Below are positions 34,805 to 46,166 of a stretch of DNA of 64,000 bases, piece after piece (position 1 is the stretch's first letter; each line of letters opens with the position of its first letter). The stretch comes from Massalongia carnosa. Lineage: Eukaryota. Position numbers and translations under genes: made by a program. The stretch spans positions 2,108,001 through 2,172,000 of the forward strand of contig OZ287076.1 in assembly GCA_965645245.1 (NCBI GenBank), written 5' to 3'. Below the pieces are notes generated by a model that worked only from the letters and a program-made list of their open reading frames with translations, was not told the origin of the DNA and ran no database searches.

Positions 34805-37800
34805 TATATGCCTTCCAGTCGTCTAAGTGGCGCGATGACGACCAGAAGCGGCGCAATTTGCGAGTCTCACGGGTAGCGCGGTTGCATTCTTCGTTCCAAA
34901 AGGGTTTCGCATATTCGCTGGGTCTGGCCCAGGGGACGGAGGCGGTTATGATTTTCTGTTTGAATTGTCTGAGCGTACTGATCTATTTCTGCGGTTGAGC
35001 AGGGGTGGGTTACGGGCAAGGCCTTGCTTTCGGCCTCCCTCAATTTCTCCATGTTCAGCAGCTTCCATGCTCTGCGCTTTACTTTCGTTAGCTGTTCACT
35101 CCCGAGAAGAATGCGAGTGGATATCGGAATGTGATCAGAGGATTGATTCATTTCTGTTCTTGACATGCAGTGTTCCAGTCTTTCCGCCAGAAATTCCGAC
35201 ATGAATACTAGATCTATAGTGCTAAAAGAGTTCCGGGCTTCCCACGTGACGGTTTATTTGGGCAGCGTCAATGAGAGGTCAAATTCTTCTACTATATCCA
35301 ATAACTGATCTGCGGCTGCGTGTTGTGTTGGCCTTGTGATTCCATTACAAAAAGAGTGGTGAAGATTGAAGTCGCCGAGAAGAACGTGCTGTGCGTCTGC
35401 GGCAAGCTGCTGGCGTACGACGGGGAGAGTGGACGGGCTGTCTGTGGATGAATAAGAGGACGGGGAGAGTGGACGGGCTGTCTGTGGTGAGTAAGAAGAC
35501 GGGGACGGATTGTACACGTTATGAATGTGCAGCACTTTCGTAACCCCATCGGTACACACGTTCATTTTCAACGTGCATAGATCTGCAGTAGGGAATTCTA
35601 CTTCCCAGCTTTCCGGGTCTATTTTCTCGTTAACGTAAAAACATACGCGTGTGTCACCGCCGGGACGATACAGGAGGTGAAATTCGCTTTGATGTGAGCT
35701 GAGCGTTGTGGGAGCGTTGCGTGCTCCGCCACGGTTCCTGTATTGCTATAACATCGTAGTCCTGCGTGTTTAAATCTGCTAAAAGTGGAAGCATTGTGCT
35801 TACTCGATCATTTCTGACGTTGTACTGTAGTATGTTAATGGATTTTGTGTCCTTCATAAATCTCCTTCCATTACGTCCGTTGCCAGGGCGGTGGGGTGGT
35901 CCGATTCTGGGTCGGCGGGAGAGGGAGATGATTCAGGGGTCGACGGGGGGCGGGGGCGGGATCCGTGCGGGACGGGGCGGGTGTTGCTGCGGTTGGTGTG
36001 TTTGGTGGTCTGCCAAGAGTGGGCTTTGCCATCGCTCTTTGCATGTTCATAGGTTTCATGATCTCCGTGTCCTTCCATGACATGCCCGCTACGCGGCTGG
36101 GACCTGCCGAGGACACTTCTTGGGAACCCGCTGGGGCGGTTTTCCTTTTCTTGCTGGTGACGACCTTCCAGGCACCGTTGACGGGTCTCTCCGTTGCCTC
36201 CCCTGGTGTTGCGCTGCATTCCTTGTCCGTTGAGGTTTGAGACGAGAAGATGAATGACCGTGCTACGATCGGGTCGCCCGTGACGAAGAGCTGGGGTGAG
36301 CTTTTCCTGGCCTTCTCTATCTTGCTCATTTCTAGTAATCTGAGTTTGCATGTTGGGACCCACGCTACGTGGCCTCTCTCCTCGCAGCATGCGCACCTTT
36401 TGTGTTTACCTGTTGTTTCTGGGTTGCATTCGTTGGTCGAGTGCCCGCCGGCGCAGAGCCCGCACGCCGTTAGGTTGCGGCAGCGTTTTCCTATGTGTCC
36501 ATATTTATAGCAGTTGAAGCACTGCGTTAGCTTGCAACTTTTTACGAATTTTTCGCAATTCTTAATCTCATGATCGACGAGGACGCCCACGGTGATGAGG
36601 CGGTTCGCCATCGCGGGAGTCTCTACTTCTACATGCAGCGACGAGTATGTCTTCTATTCTTTGATGGCCCTGAACGACTAGGCGATTCTCGTGATTTTTA
36701 GGCCTGAGTGTAATGGTGCGTTAGCTGCCTGCAGGTACTGAATGGTTTGATTCTGATTGGTGGCATCGATATGTGCCATCTTTACTCCGCTAGCTCGTAC
36801 TGCATAGGTGCGGCGTTGGACTGTAGCAGACGCCGCAATCGCGGTGATCCATTCAGTGTTTTCACGTAGAGTCTTCTTGACCTCTGCTGATTCTGCGTGA
36901 ATTCATATGTCTCCGCTTGTAAGTCGCGATATTCCCACTATCCCTTCGATGTTTTTCTGCAGCGATTCCACCAACTCCTGAGTTGGCATCTGTCTCACTC
37001 TTTCTCGATCGGCCTCGTTCGTGACTCGTAGTGTGATCTCCCGGGCCCTTTTGGCCTCGCTGGGGGATGGCCTTTTGGTTTTTTGGGGTTTGGGGTGCTT
37101 AAGATTGTACGTCGGGCTTTGCCCGGCCTGGTTCTGGGGCGCCAGCGGGGTGGCCGCGGCGGCGTAGCTTGTGGGGGGATCGTTATTCTTTTTGCTGCCT
37201 TCCATGCGATTAAGTGCGTTTCTTATGTCCCGTAGGGACTCTGCTACCGTGACGGTGTCTTCGTTTTCCGAATTATTGTGAAGCTGGGCTTGCAACGTGG
37301 CTTTAACCTCCTTCAACAGAGTTTGCGCCACCGGGTCTCCTACGCTGTTACCGGGCTTTAAGTACTCATATATCTTTGCTCCCAAGAGCTTTATCTTCTC
37401 CTCCTGCTCCTTCTTGCGTTTCTCGCGGTCTTGTGCGGGTGTGTTGATCATTTTCGAAGTTTTTTTCGACTATCTCCCGAGTTTATTCAACAACAACTGG
37501 AATTATAAGAAGAACGCGATGCAACAAGTCAGAAAGTATATATTTATTAAATTTATTAATGCATCGTATAAATCTGAATATAAGATTCATCGTCGATTTT
37601 GATGATGTATTCATACTCCGATATGTCACCGACCGTAGGCCGGCCCATGCGGGCAAAGCTATCTAAGTTATGTTATATGGAAAACCTTTTTCAGGTGCAA
37701 AAACCATATCCCTTGATACCTGTCCGATGTGACACCAGGTCGACGTCGGACAGGAGACGCAGAGCGAAAATCATGTGAGAACTGTGATGCCTTGTGAGAT

Positions 37801-38898
37801 AAGAAGGAAAAGAGAAGTGAAACTACTGTTAATTGTACAAAAGTGTAGATGCCAGTGAGAATTGGGTCAGTAGACCTGTTTTCATTAGCCAAGTAGTTAA
37901 TATCTTTAGAGTTTTTGATATTTCGGTCAGCTGTTGATAGTTGTTCGTGCCAGCGGCGCAAAACATCTGTTCTCTATTGTCAATAAGTCTACAGAACATA
38001 ATTACATGTTCTGGAGTTTGTCTGTGCCAGCCACATGGGCAGGCCGGTGAGGTAACGGCGGGGACCCGTCGCTGGTAGAGGAAGTCAGCTAGACCGATCT
38101 TACCGGTGCGGATCTGTGTTGTCAGGGCGCTTTCTGCCTTTTTTAGCAGCGTGTGTATTTTCAGTCGTTTTTTGCTCAGTGGGACTGATTGCGCTATGGA
38201 GAGTTCGGGGACGCGATTTTGATATGCGCTCCACGAGTCGTTCCAGACTTTCAGCTGTCGTGCTTTAATTGTCTGCATTTGTTTTTGACGAGCCAACGCT
38301 CCTACGGAGACTTCGCGGAGATGCGCTGGGGAGGGGTCGGACCATGGTGGGTGTGCTTTGGGTGGTTGAACGATTTTTGCGTCGATCAGTAGGTTTTTGG
38401 CCCAGGTGTGCTTCAGCTCTCCCCGAGTGGGTTTTTGAAGGCGTTTGCGACCTGCCTTGCCTTGAAGTTTGTTAACTATTTTGCTGCATGCGGAAGAAAT
38501 GACCTTCGATTGACCTCCGGCTCGGAGTCGATGTCTGGCCTGCGCCTGTAGCGTGTCGAGGTGTACATCTATGGGTGCTATGTATGTCTCTGCTTCAAGA
38601 ACTGGAATGGGAGTGGCTTTAAAGGCACCGGCTATGGTGCGAAGGCAGTTGTTTTGCATAACGGAGAGCTTGCTCGTTGACGTTTTTGACTTTTTGACTT
38701 CTTTGGGCATATGCCATACGGTTGACCCGTATGTCATGACCGGACGCACTACGGCGCTGTAAACTTGCCTTGCTTTGGTGAAGGTGGCACCCCAAGTCGA
38801 TGTGGAGATTTTTGTCAATGCCATGGATTGTTTAACCATTTTCTTTTGCGTTTTGCGAACGTGCGGTCCCCATTTCAATTTGGTGTCAATTTGCAAGC

Positions 38899-40518
38899 CT
38901 AAGACTCTAATGTCCGTTTTGGTTCAATTTCGGTGTTTGCAATGTTGATAGATGCAGCCATATTGAATCTTTTGGGATTTCTAGACAAGTGAATGAGTTC
39001 GTACTTCGTCGGAGCGAATAGAGATCCGTGTCGGGAAGCCCACTTTTCGCATTGTCTGTGTATTGACTCCAGAGTCTTGCAATTCTCTTCGGTGGTTTTT
39101 CCGTATGCCAAAATGTTGGCATCGTCTACAAATCCTATGGCACTTGTGTTTGTGCCTGGTCGCTCACATATTTCCAATAGGTCTGCATTATAGAATAGAT
39201 AAAGGATGGATGAGAGAGGGGAGCCCTGTGGTATGCCAGTTCTCACCGCGAATCGTCCGGTCGCTTTTCGATTTATAGCTAGAGTTGTGCTACGATCATT
39301 TAAAAAGCTGTTTAACCAATCAGTAATCCATTTCGGGATTTTTCTTTTACGTAGATTGTGCGTTAGTCTTTGATGTGAAACTGTATCAAACGCGCCGGCG
39401 ACGTCCATGCTTAAAAGTGTGGCTACTTTATCTTTTCCTTGTCCCCAAATCGTGTGAACCTGTTCGGTTAACAACTCCAGAGCTGATTCTGTAGATCTGC
39501 TCTTTCTCGCTCCCATCTGTGTGTCGGGTAGGAGCCGAAGTGTTTCCGCTAAATAGGTTATTTTTGATCCTATGATAGATTCCATTACTTTGCTGAGCGT
39601 GTTGAGTAATGCAATTGGTCGGTAAGCCTTTGGAGTGGTGTAATTCCCTTTGTCTATTTTTCTTAATGCTATTGTGTTTGCCATTTTGAAGGCTCGGGGA
39701 TGGTACGAAAGTGTAACGCACGCCTGAAACAGAGGTGTTAATAGTTCAACAAGTTTTTCCGCGCATGCCTTGAGTACTCTATTAGATATGCCGTCAGGAC
39801 CCGGTGCTTTATCGGGCTTGAGCCGATGCAGGGCCTTCGACACTTCTGACCTGGTGATGATTATTGGACAGTGCGGCGATGCTGGATAGAAGGATCCTTC
39901 TATATCGCTTAAGTCGGCCGGTGGTGGTGCGGGAAAGAAAATGCTTTTCAGTATCATCTCTTTATTCCATTTTTCTTTCGGCAATCTGAACACCCACTGA
40001 CGCTGTTTTCCTGACCCCTTTTCCACGGAGCACTTATCTGACCATATAACTCTTGACCACTGCTCAAAAGTCCAATCACGCCGCAGCAAGCACCAATCCA
40101 ATCGTTTCTTGGCCACCTCAGGCGTCAAAGGTCGTTTTTTAGCCACCCAGTTGGTTAAACCATACAGTTTGAGTGCCCGATAAATAGTCGTACGACTGCA
40201 GCCGAGCCCCACTTCTAGTTTGATTTGTGCATAAGTGATTCGTGGATTGATTCGTGCATGCTTGATGATATAACGTCGATCGCGTTCTGACAGCACTTCA
40301 GGCCGTCCAGAACGTGATATAGACACGCCGTCGTTGCGAATTGAGTGCTTCTGAATAGTGCTCTGCACGGTCGATTTAGTGAAATTAAGAGTCTTCCCAA
40401 TCTCGGTCGGTGTGTGCCCCAACGCCTGGGCCCCAACAATCATACCACGTTGATATGGCGTCAATTCAGTGTTACGAGGCCGATTACCACTTATGGGGGT
40501 CAAAGAAGCACGAAGCAT
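38899..40518 (-). CDS. Chimeric ORF: Tc1 transposase N-terminal half fused in frame to LINE B reverse transcriptase (539 aa)
   Basis: First ~190 aa align to the 33623-34708 transposase (RNTEL..QRGMI.GAQ.LGH, ARINPRITYAQ, CSVEKGSGKQRQW), then LKSIFFPAPPPADL..KAPGPDG..GIPQGSPLS..FVDD; junction ~39950. Confidence 0.85.
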   Translation of the reverse strand: MLRASLTPISGNRPRNTELTPYQRGMIVGAQALGHTPTEIGKTLNFTKSTVQSTIQKHSIRNDGVSISRSGRPEVLSERDRRYIIKHARINPRITYAQIKLEVGLGCSRTTIYRALKLYGLTNWVAKKRPLTPEVAKKRLDWCLLRRDWTFEQWSRVIWSDKCSVEKGSGKQRQWVFRLPKEKWNKEMILKSIFFPAPPPADLSDIEGSFYPASPHCPIIITRSEVSKALHRLKPDKAPGPDGISNRVLKACAEKLVELLTPLFQACVTLSYHPRAFKMANTIALRKIDKGNYTTPKAYRPIALLNTLSKVMESIIGSKITYLAETLRLLPDTQMGARKSRSTESALELLTEQVHTIWGQGKDKVATLLSMDVAGAFDTVSHQRLTHNLRKRKIPKWITDWLNSFLNDRSTTLAINRKATGRFAVRTGIPQGSPLSSILYLFYNADLLEICERPGTNTSAIGFVDDANILAYGKTTEENCKTLESIHRQCEKWASRHGSLFAPTKYELIHLSRNPKRFNMAASINIANTEIEPKRTLES

Positions 40519-40614
40519 GGTGAAATGATGAGGTGGAAGATGGGGGGTTGATGAGTTGAAAATGCGAAATCACGAAAATTACGGGTTGGGCCGCAGACTT
40601 TTGGCACGGGACTG
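39950..40614 (-). mobile_element. Truncated Tc1 (5' TIR and N-terminal transposase) inside LINE B ORF2
   Basis: Minus strand starts TA|CAGTCCCGTGCCAAAAGTCTGCGGC, resembling the Tc1 end at 34804; 3' half absent. Confidence 0.9.
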
Positions 40615-41774
40615 TAGTTGGACCAGTCCGCTGGATCTCGTGTGTCAGACCATATGCGGCGTAATTTTTCGTGTGGCTTTGGTGGCAATATTGCATTCTT
40701 CTGTCTAGAAAGGCTTAGCATATTCGCTAGGTTTCGCCTATGGAACGGCTGCATTGATAACATTTTGTAGGAATTTTTGAATCGATTCTGTGTACGTATC
40801 GATCTCGGCAGGTGTGCAGGGAGACGTCGGTGGAGGTGCGTGGCGCTCGGCTTCCCTTACTTTTTCCAAATTCAGAAGTTTCCATGCCCTGCTTTTATTT
40901 TTTGGTTGCGACTCACTACCGAGTAGGATGCGGGTTGATATCGGTACGTGATCGGACGATGATTTAATTCTGGTCTGGTCATGCAGTGTTTAAGTCTTTC
41001 AACTAGATATTCTGACATGAAAACTAGATCGATCGTGCTAAACGTGTTTCTTGCTTCCCATGTTACGGTGCCTTTCGGCAATGTTAGCGAGAGATTGAAT
41101 TCATCGATGATATCTAACAATTGATCAGCTGCAGCATGTTGTGTGGGTCTTGAAGGACCGTTCCAAAATGGATGATGCAGATTGAAATCTCCAAGCAGGA
41201 TATGATGCACGCCTTGGGTTAGCATGCTCCGAGCGGTCGATAGAGTAGAGGGGCTGTCAGTGGACGAATAGGAGGCAGGGGAGGGATTGTATACGTTGTG
41301 TATATTGATCACCTCCGCTACGCCTTCGGTGCATGTTTCTATTTTTAGCGTGCACATGTCGGCCGAGGGAAATTCTACTTCCCAGCTGTCAGTGTCTATT
41401 GAATCGTTGATATAGAAGCACACTCTGGTGTCGCCTCCTGGGTGGTATAGAAGGTGAAAGCCACTTTGATGAGAACTGAGCGATGTGGGGGCGGATCGGT
41501 TGCGCCACGGCTCCTGTATTGCAATGATATCATAGTCCTGGGTGTTTGTGTCTGCTAAGAGGGGTATCATAGTACTCACTCTGTCATTTCTGACATTATA
41601 CTGCAATATCGACAGGGATTTTGTGTCCTTCATAGGATTTCCATGGTTTCGACCACAGTGACTGGGGTGGCCTGGGTACCTGTCGTTACTACGGATTCTG
41701 CGCGGGGTCTGCCTAGCGCTGGTTTTGCTAAGGCTTTGATCAGGTTTTCAGGATTCATAATGCCTATATTAGCC

Positions 41775-42222
41775 TGTCAAGGACTGGGCAGGGGATTGAA
41801 CTAATGTTCCTAGGAATTGGATTGGGTGATCAAGATGTCTTTATTAATAAGGCTATAGCTAGGTGATGGATTGCTATACAAGACGTCGGACAAGGAGTCA
41901 ACTATCTAATTAACTTGTCCTTCCTTTTATATTTGTCTCGAACCCCTTTGCATGAAGATTCCATCAGTGTTCATCTCCCCCTATTAGGAGACGTACGGCA
42001 CGAAGGTTTGACGAGGTGTTTGACGATAAAAGGTGGAGATGAGGTTCTCCTGTCGTTGGTACGCTTTGATGGTGATGGTACAGCTTTGACCTGAAGCCGT
42101 TGAGAGGGGTCTAAACTCGATTTAGTTAATGAGATTCTGACTAAGCTGAATAGAGGAACGGGAGCTTAGTCAGATTCATCTGCGGGATTGATTCTGGATC
42201 GGGTTGGTTCGATTTCATGACA
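41775..42222 (-). mobile_element. 448-bp solo LTR in LINE B ORF1; same family as the LTR at 63188-63635
   Basis: TGTCA..TGACA, TSD TAGCC; near-identical reverse complement of 63188-63635. Confidence 0.95.
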
Positions 42223-42657
42223 TAGCCCAAGTTAATACTTGCTCTCCTCGGGGGAAGCCCGGTGATAAATCGGCTGAGAGCCCCGCGTTGTGCATTTTTC
42301 TTTTCTTGCCGTTCACAATCTTCCATGTTGACGAAATTTCGTTCGTTTGTGTAGCTGCGAGTGTCGGCGCTCCTTGAGACTGGAATGAGGGCGATTGTGA
42401 CTCGATTGTGTATAGTGGAGCGCGATTTTGCATAGCAATTTCAGTTTTTCGCTTTTCAGCCTTTCTGATTTTGCATGCCGTAGACCACGCCTCGTGTCCC
42501 TTCTCTCCGCATACGGCACATCGACGGTATTGCCCCGTTGTCTCCAAGTTGCATTCTTTACTTTGATATCCACCGGCACAGTGACCACAAGCGGCGGGAT
42601 TGCGACATGATCTACCTATGTGGCCATATTTCTGACAATTGAAGCATTGGGTCATGG

Positions 42658-42867
42658 TGTAACTGTAAATGTAATCATCATAATAAGGGTGTGTAAAAGG
42701 ATGTCTATTGAGATTTGCGAGCAAGCTCGTCTATATACAGCTAATCTAGACTAGTCCCAATCTGGACCTGCTCCTATCATGGAAGGACCAAAGAGTTAAG
42801 CCGGGCTTATCACGGAGATAAGCAAGTGTTAGAGTACGAAAGCATGCTATGTTATATTATCGTGACA
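42658..42867. mobile_element. 210-bp solo-LTR-like insert in LINE B ORF1
   Basis: TGTAAC..GTGACA termini, splits ERFTRGC|TMTQCFNC; no TSD visible. Confidence 0.65.
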
Positions 42868-43894
42868 GCAACCGCGTGTAAAACGCTCACAGTCTTTTAT
42901 TTCGTAGTCCTCCATCAGACTCTCGGTGATAAGCCGGTTGGCCATCTCGGCGGTAGCGACCTCCATGTGTAGCGTGGAGTATGCTTTCTTCTCCCTGATG
43001 GCCTTGACTGACCAAGCTACTTTGATGATCTTGAGGTCAGGATGCAGGCGTGCGTTGGCGGCCTGCAGGTACGCGATAGCAGTTGTAAGATTGACCACTT
43101 TGATGTTTTCCAACCTGATTCCATTTGCCCTTACAGTGAAGGTACGAGTATTCACCGCTGCGGAGGCGGCCATCATGCGGGTCCAGTCGGTCTTTTCCTG
43201 CAGAATTTTCTTTGCCTCCAATGACTCCGTGTGAATCCTTATGTCGCCATTTAACAAGCGCGACACTCCTCGTATTCCTTCCGCTCCATTTTGCAATGTT
43301 TCTACTAGCTCTTTGGTTGGCATCAGATTTATTTTTTCCTTATCTGCATTCTCCGTTATGTGAACAGTGATTTCTCGAGCGCGTCGCGCTTCCTTCGGTG
43401 TAGGTGTTTTGTCCTTTGAAGTCGGTTGGGACTGGACATTTTTCTTCGCTTGGGGTGCGGGTCCATCACGACCTCGCCCCGTGGCGGCAGCGGCGTAGCT
43501 TTGGGGAGTTGTATCCTTCTGTTCTATGCGTGTCAGTGTTTGTTGAATAGATTGTAGAGTGTCATTGAGGATATTGGGCGCCTTTGCGACTTCGTCGTCG
43601 ATCTGCTTTTGCGCTTGCAAAAGCTCCGCTGAATTTTTCAGCAACTGTAACGCCACCGGGTCACCCACAGTGCCCACACGATCAAGATACTCCATGACAT
43701 TCTCACGCAAGCTTTCCTTCTTTTCGCTATGTTCATTCAAGAACGCGTTTTGCTGATTGAATGAATTCATCATCGCCCTTCATCGTCGATTTTAATCAAT
43801 CGTTATTGAGTCAAAAATTATTTACAAAGAAGAAAAGAATTATCGTGCGCGACTCGTTAAAAATATCTTCATCGAATGTCGTGTTAATCTACGC

Positions 43895-44861
43895 TGTCAC
43901 GGTGCGAGGGCGTGTAGTAATTCAGATGGTGCAAACGTGAGACTTGATTCTCTAACTAAATGGAAAAGACGTTCGACAAAGAGAAAAGAAACAGTAGAAC
44001 GAAAAGACATGCCTATTATGTGACGAAGCGAGATAGTGAATAGATTTCTACCATTGCGCCACCTGTCCTTCCCGACCAAAAGGCACAATACTTAGTCCGC
44101 AGACCAAGCTCTATTCTACTATAACTGGGTCTCCTGCTATGTTCGCTGTAGGTCCTGCCGTCCGCACCACGCTTGGTCGAACCGTTACACTATCGAACTG
44201 TTACATATTACTCCTGATAACTAAGCTAGTCCACCTTCGGACGTTGCCTGCCCTGATTACCTGTTGACTTCGTCATGCTTTCGGCATGCACTTCCGCAAT
44301 GCCATTATCTCATGACTGTTCTTAGCACCTCCGGAAGGCGGTATATGCTAGCCTCGCGTACTCTCGTGATTCCTCTTTTCATCTCAGCTGGCGCTAAGTA
44401 ACCCCTATGTCAGGCTAGTGTGGTGGGGCGACATGTGTCATCTATGGTCAGGTGATATGGCAGGCCTGTGTGGGGATAAAACGGGTTTTTTGCTGGCGTT
44501 GTGGAAGGATGAACTGGGTGGTGTGCGTGGTCCACTACTGCTAGGAGTGCAAGAGAACAAACAAACAAGAGAAGAACAGAACAATAGAATAAGGACAATA
44601 GCTAGATTGGTCTCTGTATGCCTCGTACCTCGTGCCTCGTGCCTGTGAACTGTATGTGTTGATGCTATGTGTTGTAGCTATTGCTACGAGCATGCTTGCT
44701 CTATAAGGAAAAGAACTATCTATAACTAAACTAAAAGAAAGACTGTCACCTGACTTCCCCGCTACCTTTACCGAGTATCAACCGAAAAGAACCAACTCCC
44801 GAACCGCTAGCAATTTGAATTTAGAGTATCACCGCTCCACCCCCCTACAACGTGCGTGACA
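43895..44861. repeat. Probable LTR fragments (TGTCAC start 43895, TGTCAG start 44408, GTGACA end 44861)
   Basis: TG/CA-type termini, non-coding, similarity to 700-795; no TSD resolved. Confidence 0.4.
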
Positions 44862-46166
44862 AGCTCAGAGGTATATTTTCGTTTGTATAGACGGATCAAA
44901 TCAACCGCTCAGTATTGATGTAATACCTATATCTAAGGAACGGCTTCAAGAATGTCTCTGAAACTGGTCTTGAATGATTCTACCGTTATATATCCCGTTG
45001 TTATCTTCATTCTTACACTTTTGAAGTTCCTGCCTGTTATTAAGTACAGTTCTACCCGTAGCTGTCGAAGCAATCTTTGCTCTTCTGACTGACAGTTTAC
45101 ATATTTTGGCGTCATAATTCTATACCCTTTCGGAACAAGCTTCCATGACTATTTGCTTTTCAATTTTGTTTCATAGAGAGGCTTTGGATACTTCACGTTC
45201 CGCTTTGCAGTTATTTTCTTGACATTGATGTCTTTGATAACAGGTTGAAAGGTGTTATGAATTCGATATCTACTTCTCGAAGTAAGTTTAATTAAACCCC
45301 CACGACGAAAGAGAGCGGTGATTAAAAGCATTAGTCTATTTATTTTCCCTCACTATGCAATTCTCGAGAAGACACGGGACAGTCCCCCTACCGTCCCCCC
45401 AGCGAAAACCATTCCAAATTAGGACTTGCTACAAGCCACCTCCTATACTAAATAATTAAGTGCATTTACTATCTCTTCCTCTAGCTGTGAACGTTCTATA
45501 CCTAGGCAAATTATCAGTTTGTTTCCGCATAAACCACAAAGTTCTAATTTAGATGCACAGAGCCCATAAAGGGTGAAAGGTTTGCATCCATTGGTAAAAA
45601 ATGTGACAAATAGGCATGCATCTATTAAAGACTCGGTGCGGAAAATATGCGAAACAGTGCAAAGGGTTCAGATTGATTACGAAATATCATAACGAATCAA
45701 CAGCCCCCGGCTAATGAATAAAAGTGCGTTCAAAGACCTTATAGGTTTAATAACTCATCATGCTATTGACCTCATATCTAGAGAGTTATATGCAGCTAAA
45801 CTTTTAGCCGAAGATTTCAATCAAGAATTTTCTTTTGAAGTCGAATGGACTGCATTAATCGAACCAACTTTTGAATAGGTCTATGACTATGGCTATATGA
45901 CTATGTAAAGATAGGGGCCTGTATTACTATAATGTTAAGGATGCAGAGTTGCTACGGAGTGCAGAGCAATCTGTTCCCTTTATATTGGTCACCTCTGCTA
46001 AGCGAGATGATAATACTTTATCCGAGCCTCTATGTGATTAGATTAGATCTGATCTTATCTAATCTATCGGCTAGGCAATGCTGGTAGAAGTTGAACATTC
46101 AAAACCCTCCCTCAAGTTCTGCCAGTACTTGTTCTGATGATCAAAACCGCGCTGCGCGGTATGAAC

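Larger units (their letters stand above)
30635..37600 (-). mobile_element. LINE A (Tad1-like), degenerate; ORF1 ~37451-35854, ORF2 ~35857-31136 interrupted by Tc1; 5' UTR probably continues at 43794-43894
   Basis: ORF1 zinc knuckles (QCFNCYKYGH); APE (IAIQEPW, LLGDFNLHH, SDHIPI); RT (KAPGPDG, YRPIALLN, DVAGAFD, FVDD); C-terminal CSCG..H..C; (CAT)n tail at ~30635-30649. Confidence 0.92.
37601..43778 (-). mobile_element. LINE B (Tad1-like, diverged from LINE A), inserted upstream of LINE A ORF1
   Basis: 15-bp direct repeat TTCATCGTCGATTTT at 37586-37600 and 43779-43793; ORF1 43773-~41630 split by two LTR-like inserts; APE 41633-40872; RT and CCHC to 37829; 3' UTR like that of LINE A. Confidence 0.92.

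Noticed and set aside
33464..34806. Tc1 removable as an intron: GT at base 3 and AG 5 nt from the other end would leave +9 nt and restore LINE ORF2
   Set aside because: Donor GTCCCA is poor, no good branch site, and the AG is absent in the 61496 relic; RNA-seq junction reads would be needed.
35419..35487. 40-bp tandem duplication in the LINE A endonuclease
   Set aside because: Ordinary decay mutation causing a frameshift.
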